Source: Ignavibacteriota bacterium
GTDB taxonomy: Bacteria; Bacteroidota; Ignavibacteria; UBA10030; UBA6906
Reading direction: 5' to 3'
NCBI GenBank assembly: GCA_963801355.1
Contig: CAWDEM010000008.1
Location: 2,272,001 to 2,336,000, forward strand
Length of the DNA stretch: 64,000 nt
Both the position numbers and the translations under genes were made by a program. Numbering within the stretch: position 1 is the stretch's first letter; each line of letters starts with the position of its first letter. Under the pieces are notes generated by a model. That model was not told where the DNA came from. It ran no database searches and was given only the letters and a program-made list of their open reading frames with translations. Of this stretch, positions 29,760 to 38,429 are shown piece after piece.

Positions 29760-30850
29760 CTCACAACGCAGGTCCACACGTGATTGTGGTCGGCACACGC
29801 GATCTCGGCCCCCAGTACACCGACAATCCCCACCGTATGATCGGCCAGGACGGTGCCTTTTCGATACCTTGCGGCCGGCAGACTTTCTGGTACTTCGGCG
29901 ATACTCTCGTGGGCCAACGGACGCCGAACGAAAGCCTCTGGTACCCCGGTGGGAAGGCCGTAGGCCCGGAGGATATGTCAGGCAAGCGTGGGATCGAACG
30001 GATGCTGAACAACACCGGACTTCTTCTCTCCGATGAGGATGGACAGAACGGTTTGGCCCATTATCAATATGTGTGTGATCTCAATGGAAACCTCCGTCCG
30101 CTCATACCACTTGAGAAAGGCGAAGATCCGGACAAACACCGCATCTGGTGCCTCCACGGCATCTGCCTCGCAAACAAAATGGTCCTCTTCTTCATCAAAG
30201 TGGAGATGCTTCCCGAAGGTCCGCTCCCGGTGAATTTCCGCGTCGTCGGTTCAGGAATGGCTGTGGGCGAAACTGGGGTGTGGCTGTTCCAACGCATCTA
30301 TCATGGCAACAGCTGCATCCTCTGGGGTGAACATGATCCTCATTTTGCCGCGGCGGTTCTCCGAACGGACGAGGTCCGGTGGCTGTGCCTCTACGGAGCG
30401 AAGCAAGGACATACCGGCATCCAATCCGCATTCCTTGCCCGGGTGCACCCAGAACAGATCGACCAGCCTTGGACGTACGAGTACCTGTCATCCCCCGTAC
30501 CATTGTGGAGTCCCCGGGTGGCTGACGCCATTCCGGTTTTTCACGACATGCCCAATGAACTGTCGGTCTCCTGGAATGCCCACCTCGGTGCGTACCTTGC
30601 CGTACATTCGCTTTGTCTGTCAGGGGACATTGTTGCCAGGACCGCACCATTCCCCTGGGGACCATGGAGTGCTCCTGCTGTGCTCTGGAGCGTTCGCCCC
30701 GAACGTCAACGCCCGCTTCCCTACCCCCCGCTGATTTATGCGGGGAAAGAGCATCCGTCGCTGAGCCGTGAGAACGGGAGGATCCTCTACATTACCTATG
30801 TCGAGTTCGAGGAGTACTTCCCCCATCTCGTAGAAATCACGCTGGCGTGA
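29756..30850 (+). CDS. DUF4185/DUF5005-like beta-propeller protein (GH183-related candidate)
   Basis: GQDGAFSIP..TFWYFGDT, ARTAPFPWGPWS, YAGKEHP..LYITY; no signal peptide. Confidence 0.65.
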   Translation: MTHNAGPHVIVVGTRDLGPQYTDNPHRMIGQDGAFSIPCGRQTFWYFGDTLVGQRTPNESLWYPGGKAVGPEDMSGKRGIERMLNNTGLLLSDEDGQNGLAHYQYVCDLNGNLRPLIPLEKGEDPDKHRIWCLHGICLANKMVLFFIKVEMLPEGPLPVNFRVVGSGMAVGETGVWLFQRIYHGNSCILWGEHDPHFAAAVLRTDEVRWLCLYGAKQGHTGIQSAFLARVHPEQIDQPWTYEYLSSPVPLWSPRVADAIPVFHDMPNELSVSWNAHLGAYLAVHSLCLSGDIVARTAPFPWGPWSAPAVLWSVRPERQRPLPYPPLIYAGKEHPSLSRENGRILYITYVEFEEYFPHLVEITLA

Positions 30851-30867
30851 ACAAGGGAGCCACCGCC

Positions 30868-31455
30868 ATGCTTCGTCTTTTCATCGCAATCGCAACGCCC
30901 CCGTCTGCTCTCCCCTCCCTCGCGAAAGCCCGGGACATCCTTCGAGAATCCGGAGCTGACGTAAAGTGGGAACCCACAGAAAAACTCCATTGCACAGTCA
31001 AGTTTCTCGGAGACACACGCGAAGAACTGGTTCCATCCATCACGGACCGGTTGTCGCACATTGCCTCTGTAATCCCCCCGTTTCGTGTAAGTTATAGAGG
31101 CGTCGGTTGTTTCCCTGGGCCCCGGGACCCGCGCATTATCTGGGCCGGCATGGAAGATCCCGAAGGCACTCTGAAAGAGCTCTTCAGATCTGCCGACGAG
31201 GCAATGTCCACTCTCGGCTTCGAACGCGAACGCCGTGCCTTTCATCCCCATGTCACCCTGGGACGCGTCAGAGGCACACGCCGAATACGTGAATTGCTTG
31301 CATCAATGGAAACCGTTATCTTGGACAACCCTCCAGTTGCGATTCAAGACATTGAACTGGTCAAGAGCACCCTTGAGCCGGGCGGCTCACGGTATTCATT
31401 GGTGGCGGAGATGAATCTGGGGGAGGGAACTCAAGGTCCGAGGTCCAGGGTTTAG
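30868..31455 (+). CDS. thpR: RNA 2',3'-cyclic phosphodiesterase (LigT/ThpR)
   Basis: MLRLFIAI and two HxT motifs (LHCTVKFLG, PHVTLGR). Confidence 0.93.
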   Translation: MLRLFIAIATPPSALPSLAKARDILRESGADVKWEPTEKLHCTVKFLGDTREELVPSITDRLSHIASVIPPFRVSYRGVGCFPGPRDPRIIWAGMEDPEGTLKELFRSADEAMSTLGFERERRAFHPHVTLGRVRGTRRIRELLASMETVILDNPPVAIQDIELVKSTLEPGGSRYSLVAEMNLGEGTQGPRSRV

Positions 31456-31595
31456 CGGCTGGGGCAGGGCCAGGCGTCTGACCCCGAAATTGGATCACCC
31501 CATGATCCCGGAAACGCCACACGTATGGTTATTTTGGTGCAGCAACCGAAAAAATGGCAATTTCACGCTACTAATGGGAAACACCGGAGACAGTC

Positions 31596-32702
31596 ATGAC
31601 TGACGAGAAAGACGCAAAAGCGCAAGCACTGAAAATCGCAATCGAACAGATCGAAAAGCAGCACGGCAAAGGCTCCGTGATGCGCCTGGGGGAGGGTCCA
31701 ATTGCAGTGGTGGAGGTCATTTCGACGGGATCGATCTCTCTTGATGCCGCCCTCGGCATCGGCGGCATCCCGCGCGGACGCGTTATCGAAGTATTCGGAC
31801 CCGAATCCTCGGGCAAAACCACCCTGTGCCTCCACATGATTGCCGAGGCCCAACGCCGCGGAGGCATCGCTGCGTTCGTGGACGCCGAGCATGCCCTGGA
31901 TCTCAATTATGCCAAGAAGCTGGGCGTCGATACCAATAATCTCCTCCTCTCCCAGCCGGAGTTCGGCGAGCAGGCGCTTGAGATCGTGGAAACACTCGTG
32001 CGCAGCGGCGCACTCGACGTCATCGTCATCGACTCCGTCGCAGCGTTGACGCCGCGCGCGGAAATCGAAGGAGAAATGGGGGACCCGAGCATGGGCGTCC
32101 AGGCACGCCTCATGTCCCAGGCACTGCGCAAACTCACCTCGGCAATCAGCAAGTCCAAGACATCGGTGGTGTTCACAAACCAGCTGCGGATGAAGATCGG
32201 TGTGATGTTCGGCAACCCCGAGACCACCACCGGGGGTAACGCCCTGAAATTCTACGCCTCCGTGCGTCTCGATGTCCGCAGGATCGAGGCTATCAAAGAC
32301 GGCACGAGCATTATCGGGAACAGGACCCGGGTGAAAGTTGTCAAGAACAAAGTCGCCCCGCCCTTCCGCGAGGCACTGTTCGACATCCTGTACAACGAAG
32401 GTATTTCAAAACTCGGTGATCTGATCGATGTGGCCGTCGAGCAGAACATCATCGCAAAGTCCGGTTCCTGGTTCTCCTACAAGGACGAACGCATCGGGCA
32501 AGGGCGTGACATGGTCAAGAAATTCCTGCAGGACAACGACAAGATCCTCCTGGCCGTGGAACGCGAAGCTCGCACAAAACTCGGCCTCCCGGTGCCCGCC
32601 GCCGCACACGGCGCCGCCGGGGGCGCCGAGACGAAGTCACCGAAGGCCGAGGCGCCGGAGACCAAGGTCCCGCCGAAGCCCGAGATACCAAAGAAAAAGT
32701 GA
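31596..32702 (+). CDS. recA: Recombinase A
   Basis: [41 protein letters not shown]. Confidence 0.99.
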   Translation: MTDEKDAKAQALKIAIEQIEKQHGKGSVMRLGEGPIAVVEVISTGSISLDAALGIGGIPRGRVIEVFGPESSGKTTLCLHMIAEAQRRGGIAAFVDAEHALDLNYAKKLGVDTNNLLLSQPEFGEQALEIVETLVRSGALDVIVIDSVAALTPRAEIEGEMGDPSMGVQARLMSQALRKLTSAISKSKTSVVFTNQLRMKIGVMFGNPETTTGGNALKFYASVRLDVRRIEAIKDGTSIIGNRTRVKVVKNKVAPPFREALFDILYNEGISKLGDLIDVAVEQNIIAKSGSWFSYKDERIGQGRDMVKKFLQDNDKILLAVEREARTKLGLPVPAAAHGAAGGAETKSPKAEAPETKVPPKPEIPKKK

Positions 32703-32720
32703 TCGCTGCCCCATACCGCG

Positions 32721-33383
32721 GTGCGCATCACAAAAATCGAAAACCAGAAGAAAACTCCCGACCGCGTAAGCATATACGCGGACGGGGAGTTTTTGATCGG
32801 CCTCAGCAAGGAGAATCTCCTTCGCGCAGGATTGCGCGTCGGCGACGAAATCTCCCGGGCAGCGGTCGACGATCTGACCTCCAGAGAGACTCTTCTTTCC
32901 GCCAGGAATGCAGCACTGCGCCTGCTCGCCGTCCGTCCGAGGTCCGAGAAAGAAATTGTCGACCGTCTGCGCGAAAAGGAATTTGACGTGCAGACCATCT
33001 CGGCGACGGTCGGAAACCTCCGTGCATCCGGACTGCTCAACGACGCAGGTTTCGCACGTGCATTCATCCGTAATGCCCTCACCCTACGACCCCTCGGCGA
33101 GATGCAGCTCCGCAGAAAACTCCTCCTGCTCGGAGTTTCGAGGACAGTTGCCGATGAAGCTCTCCGGGAGACTCTGAGCGGGGTGGATGTTGTGGAAGTG
33201 GCACGACAGACCGCGATCGCGTACCGGCGGCGCCTGCTGCACACTCCGGGCCCCGAAGATCCACGTAAGACACGGAACAAGATCTCAGCGCATCTCGCCC
33301 GCCGCGGTTACTCGTGGACGACGATCAGCGCGGTCCTATCCTCTCTTCACCTCGCGCACGGAGAAAACCCTGATGATGAATAG
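32721..33383 (+). CDS. recX: Regulatory protein RecX
   Basis: ALRLLAVRPRSEKE, GLLNDAGFA, LARRGY; directly after recA. Confidence 0.9.
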   Translation: MRITKIENQKKTPDRVSIYADGEFLIGLSKENLLRAGLRVGDEISRAAVDDLTSRETLLSARNAALRLLAVRPRSEKEIVDRLREKEFDVQTISATVGNLRASGLLNDAGFARAFIRNALTLRPLGEMQLRRKLLLLGVSRTVADEALRETLSGVDVVEVARQTAIAYRRRLLHTPGPEDPRKTRNKISAHLARRGYSWTTISAVLSSLHLAHGENPDDE

Positions 33384-34044
33384 AGTCGTCTTCGATATCG
33401 AGACTATGGGCTTTCCCTTCGAATCCTTTGACGAGACCCAGCAGGAATATCTGCTGAAATTCGCCAAGAACGAGGAGGAGCGTCTGGAAGCCGTACAGCG
33501 ACTCAGCCTGACGCCGTTCACCGCACAGGTACTCGCCATCGGGATGCTGAACCCCGACACGAAGCAGGGCAAGGTATTTTACCAGGGAGAGGGACTGGAG
33601 CCGGAGCTCCTGGACGAGGGGCTGGTCCAGCTCATTCCCTGCACGGAACCGGAAATTCTCATGCACTTCTGGAAATCCATCATCCACTACAAGCAGTTCG
33701 TCACCTTTAACGGCCGCGGCTTCGATTGCCCGTTCATCATGGCACGCTCGGCGGTTCTCTCGGTGAAGCCGAGCCGGAATCTGATGGGCAACCGGTACGC
33801 GGTGAACGATCACTGTGACCTTCTCGATCAGCTGACGTTTTACGGAGCCATGCGCAAATTCAATCTCGATTTCTATTGCAGGGCGTTTGGCATCAGAAGT
33901 CCGAAGGCGGACGGCGTCACAGGCGCAGATGTCGGAAGGCTGTTCAGCGAACGGAAGTACCGCGAGATCGCCGGGTACTGCCTCGGCGACGTCAAAGCGA
34001 CCGCGGAATTGTACAAGAAGTGGGCGGACTACCTCAGCGTGTAA
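33373..34044 (+). CDS. RNase H-like 3'-5' exonuclease (PolB-related exo domain)
   Basis: VFDIET, VTFNGRGFDCPF, YCLGDV DEDD-type motifs. Confidence 0.82.
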   Translation: MMNRVVFDIETMGFPFESFDETQQEYLLKFAKNEEERLEAVQRLSLTPFTAQVLAIGMLNPDTKQGKVFYQGEGLEPELLDEGLVQLIPCTEPEILMHFWKSIIHYKQFVTFNGRGFDCPFIMARSAVLSVKPSRNLMGNRYAVNDHCDLLDQLTFYGAMRKFNLDFYCRAFGIRSPKADGVTGADVGRLFSERKYREIAGYCLGDVKATAELYKKWADYLSV

Positions 34045-34617
34045 TCAGCCGAGCCTCGGCCAGCGTTTCGAAAGCTCGAAGTAGATCATGCTCGCCGCTC
34101 CCAGCTTCACGAGATCCCACCAGGAAAAAAGAAGAAACCCCGAAACGATCGCGTTACTCATGTCGCGCATCATGAATGCGTACAGATGGAGTGTGCCGGC
34201 AGCAAAGATCACGAGCAGCCCGGCGGCCATGGAGAGGGTGACCACCAGGAGAGAGCCGCGTTCGCGCAGCAGGTATCCGACGAGAGCGGCCGCGACGGGG
34301 AACGCCAGAAGATAGCCCCCGGTGGGTCCGGCAAGCCGCATGAACCCGATGGCCCCACCGGCAAAGACGGGCAGACCGGCAACCCCAGCAGCGAGATAGA
34401 GTACCTGGCTCAGCGCGCCGTTTCGAGAACCCAGAAAGGCCCCCGCGAGCAGAACCATCATTGTCTGCAGCGTAAACGGCACAGGATAGTAGGGAATCTC
34501 CAACCTGGCGGCCAGAGCCGTCGCAGCGGCAAACACCATAGTCCAGAGTGCCTGTGAAAACACCGAAGTTCCGGCGCCTGTAAGAATACGGGTCTGTGCG
34601 TTTGCGGTCGGTGGCAT
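34045..34617 (-). CDS. bioY: Biotin transporter BioY
   Basis: PVPFTLQT, GLPVFAGG, GPTGGYLLAF, DLVK. Confidence 0.92.
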   Translation of the reverse strand: MPPTANAQTRILTGAGTSVFSQALWTMVFAAATALAARLEIPYYPVPFTLQTMMVLLAGAFLGSRNGALSQVLYLAAGVAGLPVFAGGAIGFMRLAGPTGGYLLAFPVAAALVGYLLRERGSLLVVTLSMAAGLLVIFAAGTLHLYAFMMRDMSNAIVSGFLLFSWWDLVKLGAASMIYFELSKRWPRLG

Positions 34618-34650
34618 AGGAGTTTCCTTTGAAGGTAGTGCGTAGCGTTC

Positions 34651-34679
34651 AACATAGCCAAAAACGGAAAAAAAGTCAA
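34651..34679 (-). promoter_or_regulatory. Sigma70 promoter for bioY
   Basis: Minus strand TTGACT, 17 bp, TATGTT. Confidence 0.6.
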
Positions 34680-34706
34680 CAAAGCAAATCATGCCGAACA
34701 AGGAGC

Positions 34707-34735
34707 TTGCATAAATGGACCCGTTTAGCTATCTT
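34707..34735 (+). promoter_or_regulatory. Sigma70 promoter for the prs operon
   Basis: TTGCAT, 17 bp, TATCTT. Confidence 0.6.
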
Positions 34736-34764
34736 TAGAGGCTAATTAGCCAGGATCCTTCCCG

Positions 34765-35703
34765 ATGCCTAGTCTGATGGTGTTCTCAGGCCGCTCCAAC
34801 CCGGCGCTGGCACGACAAATTGCAAAAGCGGTTGGCAAGCCACTCGGCAACATTGAGATCAAGACCTTCAGTGACGGGGAGTTGTGGGTCAAGTTTGGCG
34901 AGAACATCAGGGGATGCGACGTCTACATCGTGCAGTCGACGAATCCTCCTGCGGAAAACCTCATGGAGCTGCTGATCATGATGGATGCAGCCCGCCGGGC
35001 CTCCGCACGGAAGATCACGGCGGTCATCCCGTACTTCGGCTATGCCCGTCAGGACCGCAAAGATCAGCCGCGTGTTTCGATCACCGCAAAGCTGGTCGCG
35101 AACCTTCTGGCAAAGGCAGGAGCCGACCGCGTCATTACGATGGATCTGCACGCCCCGCAGGTTCAGGGATTCTTTGATATTCCGGTGGATCATCTTTACT
35201 CATCGGTGGTTCTCGGACGCTATTTCAAGAAACGCGGGCTGAAAAATCTCGTGGTTGCGTCTCCGGACGTGGGCGGGATCAAGATGGCACGGGCTTATGC
35301 GAAGCGGCTCGAGGCGGAGCTTGTCGTGATCGACAAGAGGCGTCCACGCCAGAATGTCGCCGAAGTCATGAACATCATCGGCGATGTGGAAGGAAAGACC
35401 ATCCTCATCGTGGATGATCTCATCGACACCGCAGGGACGCTGTGCAATGCCGTCGAAGCGTTGCTGGATGCGGGGGCCGTGAAAGTGTGTGCGGCATGCA
35501 CCCACGCCGTCCTTTCAGGCAAGGCGATCGAACGTATTGACGCCAGTCGCCTCACGCAGGTGGTGGTGACCGACACGCTGCCGCTGAAGGTGACGTCGCC
35601 GAAGATCACCGTGGCCTCGGTGTCGCATGTCTTCGCGGAAGCCATCAAGCGTTCGTACGGCCACCGGTCCATCAGTTCGTTATTCGATATTGACAAAGGT
35701 TAA
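34765..35703 (+). CDS. prs: Ribose-phosphate pyrophosphokinase
   Basis: FSDGE, PYFGYARQDRK, MDLHAPQVQGFF, VDDLIDTAGT. Confidence 0.98.
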   Translation: MPSLMVFSGRSNPALARQIAKAVGKPLGNIEIKTFSDGELWVKFGENIRGCDVYIVQSTNPPAENLMELLIMMDAARRASARKITAVIPYFGYARQDRKDQPRVSITAKLVANLLAKAGADRVITMDLHAPQVQGFFDIPVDHLYSSVVLGRYFKKRGLKNLVVASPDVGGIKMARAYAKRLEAELVVIDKRRPRQNVAEVMNIIGDVEGKTILIVDDLIDTAGTLCNAVEALLDAGAVKVCAACTHAVLSGKAIERIDASRLTQVVVTDTLPLKVTSPKITVASVSHVFAEAIKRSYGHRSISSLFDIDKG

Positions 35704-35733
35704 TCGCATTAAGGGGTAAGGAGAACAGAGTCC

Positions 35734-36456
35734 ATGTCCGAAGTCGTGATAAACGCCGAAATCCGGAGCAATACCGGAAAACACGCCAAGCTCACCCGCA
35801 CGAATGGCATGGTGCCGGGTGTGTACTATTCCCGCGGCGAACAGAATATCAATGTGCAGATGGCGGTGCTGACGCTGAACCAGGTCGTGTTCACGTCGGA
35901 AGCCCACATCCTTGACCTGCGCTTCCCGGATGGCACTTCGCACAAGTGCATCCTCAAAGATGTGCAGTTCGATCCGGTGAGCGATCGGCCGGTCCATTTC
36001 GACCTGCTGGGGTTGAAGGAGAACGAAAAGTTGACGATTGAGGTCCCGGTGTCACTCGTGGGCGGCATCCCTCGAGGCGTGCGCGACGGCGGCATGCTCC
36101 AGCACTTCCTCCACAAGGTGCGGGTCAACTGTCTGCCCAAGGACATTCCGGAGAAGATCGAGATCAATGTGGCAGATCTGGGGATCAACTCCTTCGTTCA
36201 CGTGCGCGACCTCAAAGTGCCGAACGTGACGCTCAATGAGGCAGAAGACAATGCAATCGTCGGCGTCATGCCGCCGCACGTCGTGAAGGAAGAGGAAGTT
36301 GCTGCCCCGGTGACAGAAGAAGCGGCGGCGGAACCCGAAGTGGTCGGGAAGGGCAAGAAGCCCGAAGAGGGTGCCGAGGCTGCTGCACCCGCCGACAAGA
36401 AGGGCGAGAAGGCCGAGAAGAAGAGCGAGAAGCCCGACAAGAAGAGCGAGAAATAG
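35734..36456 (+). CDS. rplY: 50S ribosomal protein L25/Ctc
   Basis: VPGVYY, KDVQFDPV..HFDL, GGML; Glu/Lys-rich tail; prs-rplY-pth order. Confidence 0.95.
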   Translation: MSEVVINAEIRSNTGKHAKLTRTNGMVPGVYYSRGEQNINVQMAVLTLNQVVFTSEAHILDLRFPDGTSHKCILKDVQFDPVSDRPVHFDLLGLKENEKLTIEVPVSLVGGIPRGVRDGGMLQHFLHKVRVNCLPKDIPEKIEINVADLGINSFVHVRDLKVPNVTLNEAEDNAIVGVMPPHVVKEEEVAAPVTEEAAAEPEVVGKGKKPEEGAEAAAPADKKGEKAEKKSEKPDKKSEK

Positions 36457-36465
36457 CCTCAGACC

Positions 36466-37053
36466 GTGGCATCAACGCTTGTCGTCGGATTGGGGAATCC
36501 CGGAGCGGAGTACGCGCCTACCAGGCACAACGCGGGCTTCATGGTTGTGGATGAGTTGTGCCGGCGCCTCGGTGTCCGGCTGAGACCGGGCAAAGGTGAC
36601 TTCTGGTACGCTGCCGCCGGAGAAGAAGACGGTGCCATTTTCCTCGTGGAACCCGTCACATATATGAACGGGAGCGGCACGGCGGTACTTGAGGCCGTTC
36701 AGCAGTTTGCGCTCCCGCTGTCGGATGTGGTCGTGGTCGTCGACGATTTTGCTCTGCCGCTGGGCACGTTGCGTATACGCCCGGGTGGCAGCGATGGCGG
36801 CCACAACGGTCTGGCATCGATCATATACAATCTCCAGTCGGACCAGTTTGCCCGGGTGCGGTGCGGTATCCGGAAAGAAAGTATGCCGCCGAAAGAACTT
36901 GCGGCGGATTTTGTGCTCTCGCCTTTCGATCCGGATGAGATGGCCGCTGTGACGTCCATGATCGGGCGCGCGGCGGACGCTGTAGAGGAAATTCACCGCT
37001 CCGGCCTGGAGCACGCGATGGGACTCTTCAACGGAATCCCGTCGGCTCCGTAG
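36466..37053 (+). CDS. pth: Peptidyl-tRNA hydrolase
   Basis: VGLGNPG..Y..TRHNAGF, TYMNGSG, GGHNGL. Confidence 0.96.
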   Translation: MASTLVVGLGNPGAEYAPTRHNAGFMVVDELCRRLGVRLRPGKGDFWYAAAGEEDGAIFLVEPVTYMNGSGTAVLEAVQQFALPLSDVVVVVDDFALPLGTLRIRPGGSDGGHNGLASIIYNLQSDQFARVRCGIRKESMPPKELAADFVLSPFDPDEMAAVTSMIGRAADAVEEIHRSGLEHAMGLFNGIPSAP

Positions 37054-37099
37054 CAGGGCGGACCACCAGCAGTGTTCTTTTTCATACTACCCCTCTACT

Positions 37100-37169
37100 C
37101 TTCTGTTCGCCTCCCGGCGATTACGGAAGGGTCACGGGAATTATCCATAGTCCACAGGGAGGTATATTC
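37100..37169 (+). ncRNA. Candidate rpsF leader (S6:S18-type cis-regulator)
   Basis: CCTCCC (37110-37115) is complementary to the SD GGGAGG (37157-37162); position upstream of rpsF. Confidence 0.3.
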
Positions 37170-37586
37170 ATGTCCAATGCATCGCGGCAGTACGAAACCA
37201 CGTTCATCGTCAACGCATCACTGGATGACGTCCAGGTTGATGGCGTCATCGGCAGGGTGCAGGAGACGATCACCAAGAACGGCGGGACGATTACATCCGT
37301 CAATAAATGGGGGCGGAAGCGCCTTGCCTACTCCATCAACAAGCGCACCAACGGCTTCTACGTGAACGTCGAGTTTGAAGCCCCTGGAACGTTACTCACG
37401 CCGCTCGAGCGCTCGTTCCAGCTTGACGAGATGATCCTCCGGCATTTGACGGTGGTGCTCGACAAGAAGGCCATCGCCGCCCGCGCCGCAGCGCAAGCAG
37501 CCACCGTACCTTCGACCGAAGAAAAGCCGTCAGCGCCCGCGCGCGAGCCGCTATTCACGGAACCGGGCGACGGAAAGAATTCCTAA
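37170..37586 (+). CDS. rpsF: 30S ribosomal protein S6
   Basis: YETTFIV, WGRKRLAYSI..GFY, ILRHL. Confidence 0.97.
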   Translation: MSNASRQYETTFIVNASLDDVQVDGVIGRVQETITKNGGTITSVNKWGRKRLAYSINKRTNGFYVNVEFEAPGTLLTPLERSFQLDEMILRHLTVVLDKKAIAARAAAQAATVPSTEEKPSAPAREPLFTEPGDGKNS

Positions 37587-37616
37587 CGCATTGACGAACC
37601 AGTAAGGAGAATACCA

Positions 37617-37880
37617 GTGTATACGACTCGACGCCCCCGCCGCGACCGGGACAACCAGACGCCGCGCAAGAAGCGGACCTGCAGATTTTGCGATGCAAAA
37701 GAACTGTATATCGACTACAAAGACGAGAAGAAACTCCAGCGCTTCATCGCCGAACAGGGGAAAATCATTCCCAAACGCATCACCGGCACCTGCGCCAAAC
37801 ACCAGCGGCAGCTTGTCCGTGCGGTCAAACGCGCACGCCATCTTGCGCTGTTGCCATTTGTTTCCGACGCCATTCGCTGA
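37617..37880 (+). CDS. rpsR: 30S ribosomal protein S18 (zinc-binding form)
   Basis: [36 protein letters not shown]; GTG start with AAGGAG RBS. Confidence 0.97.
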   Translation: MYTTRRPRRDRDNQTPRKKRTCRFCDAKELYIDYKDEKKLQRFIAEQGKIIPKRITGTCAKHQRQLVRAVKRARHLALLPFVSDAIR

Positions 37881-37905
37881 TCCTGAACCCGTATGAGGCA
37901 TTGCC

Positions 37906-38349
37906 ATGAAAATCATTCTTCGTAAAGATCACGACAAACTCGGACAGGTCGGCGCGCTCGTCGATGTGAAAGACGGCTACGCACGCAACTACCTGATTCC
38001 GCGCGGTATTGCGTACCCGGCCTCGGCCGGCAGCACCAGGGCGCTCGAAGAGGAGAAGAAACAAGCCTCCCGCCGCGCCGACAAGCAGCAGAAGTCCAGC
38101 GAGCACCTCGCTGCTGAACTCGACAAGATCTCCCTCACGATCAAAGCACGGGTCGGCGAAGACGAGAAGCTCTTCGGCGCGGTGACAGCACAGATGATCG
38201 CCGATGCCCTGAAAGAACAGGGCTTTGAGATCGACAAACGCATCATCGAACTCGACGAGCCCATCAAAGCGCTCGGGATTTATCCGGTGAACGTTAAGCT
38301 ACACCAGGATGTTATAGGGAAAGTGAAGGTCTGGGTGGTGCGCGAATAA
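37906..38349 (+). CDS. rplI: 50S ribosomal protein L9
   Basis: MKIIL..LGQVG..VKDGYARNYLIP, KLFGAVT, PIKALG. Confidence 0.97.
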   Translation: MKIILRKDHDKLGQVGALVDVKDGYARNYLIPRGIAYPASAGSTRALEEEKKQASRRADKQQKSSEHLAAELDKISLTIKARVGEDEKLFGAVTAQMIADALKEQGFEIDKRIIELDEPIKALGIYPVNVKLHQDVIGKVKVWVVRE

Positions 38350-38429
38350 GCGCACCCTCTATTTCCTCCCCGGCGGCCACAGGGCGTGGATCACGGGCTC
38401 CCTCACTACATTGACTAACACATACCGGC

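Noticed and set aside
1519-30852. GCGTGAAC at 1519-1526 and 30845-30852 as a target-site duplication
   Set aside because: Only 8 bp, includes the stop codon at both sites, recurs at 2826, and the URO-D start (1511) lies outside it; chance is a sufficient explanation.
30885-31300. ThpR 2H phosphoesterase as a defence or anti-defence component
   Set aside because: It sits in the ordinary position before recA, with no cyclase or effector genes nearby.
34618-34764. tRNA upstream of prs or a biotin operator upstream of bioY
   Set aside because: No cloverleaf or convincing palindrome; two divergent promoters account for the region.
36390-36456. AAG/GAG-rich tandem-like repeats
   Set aside because: They encode the low-complexity Lys/Glu tail of L25; not a CRISPR array or separate repeat.
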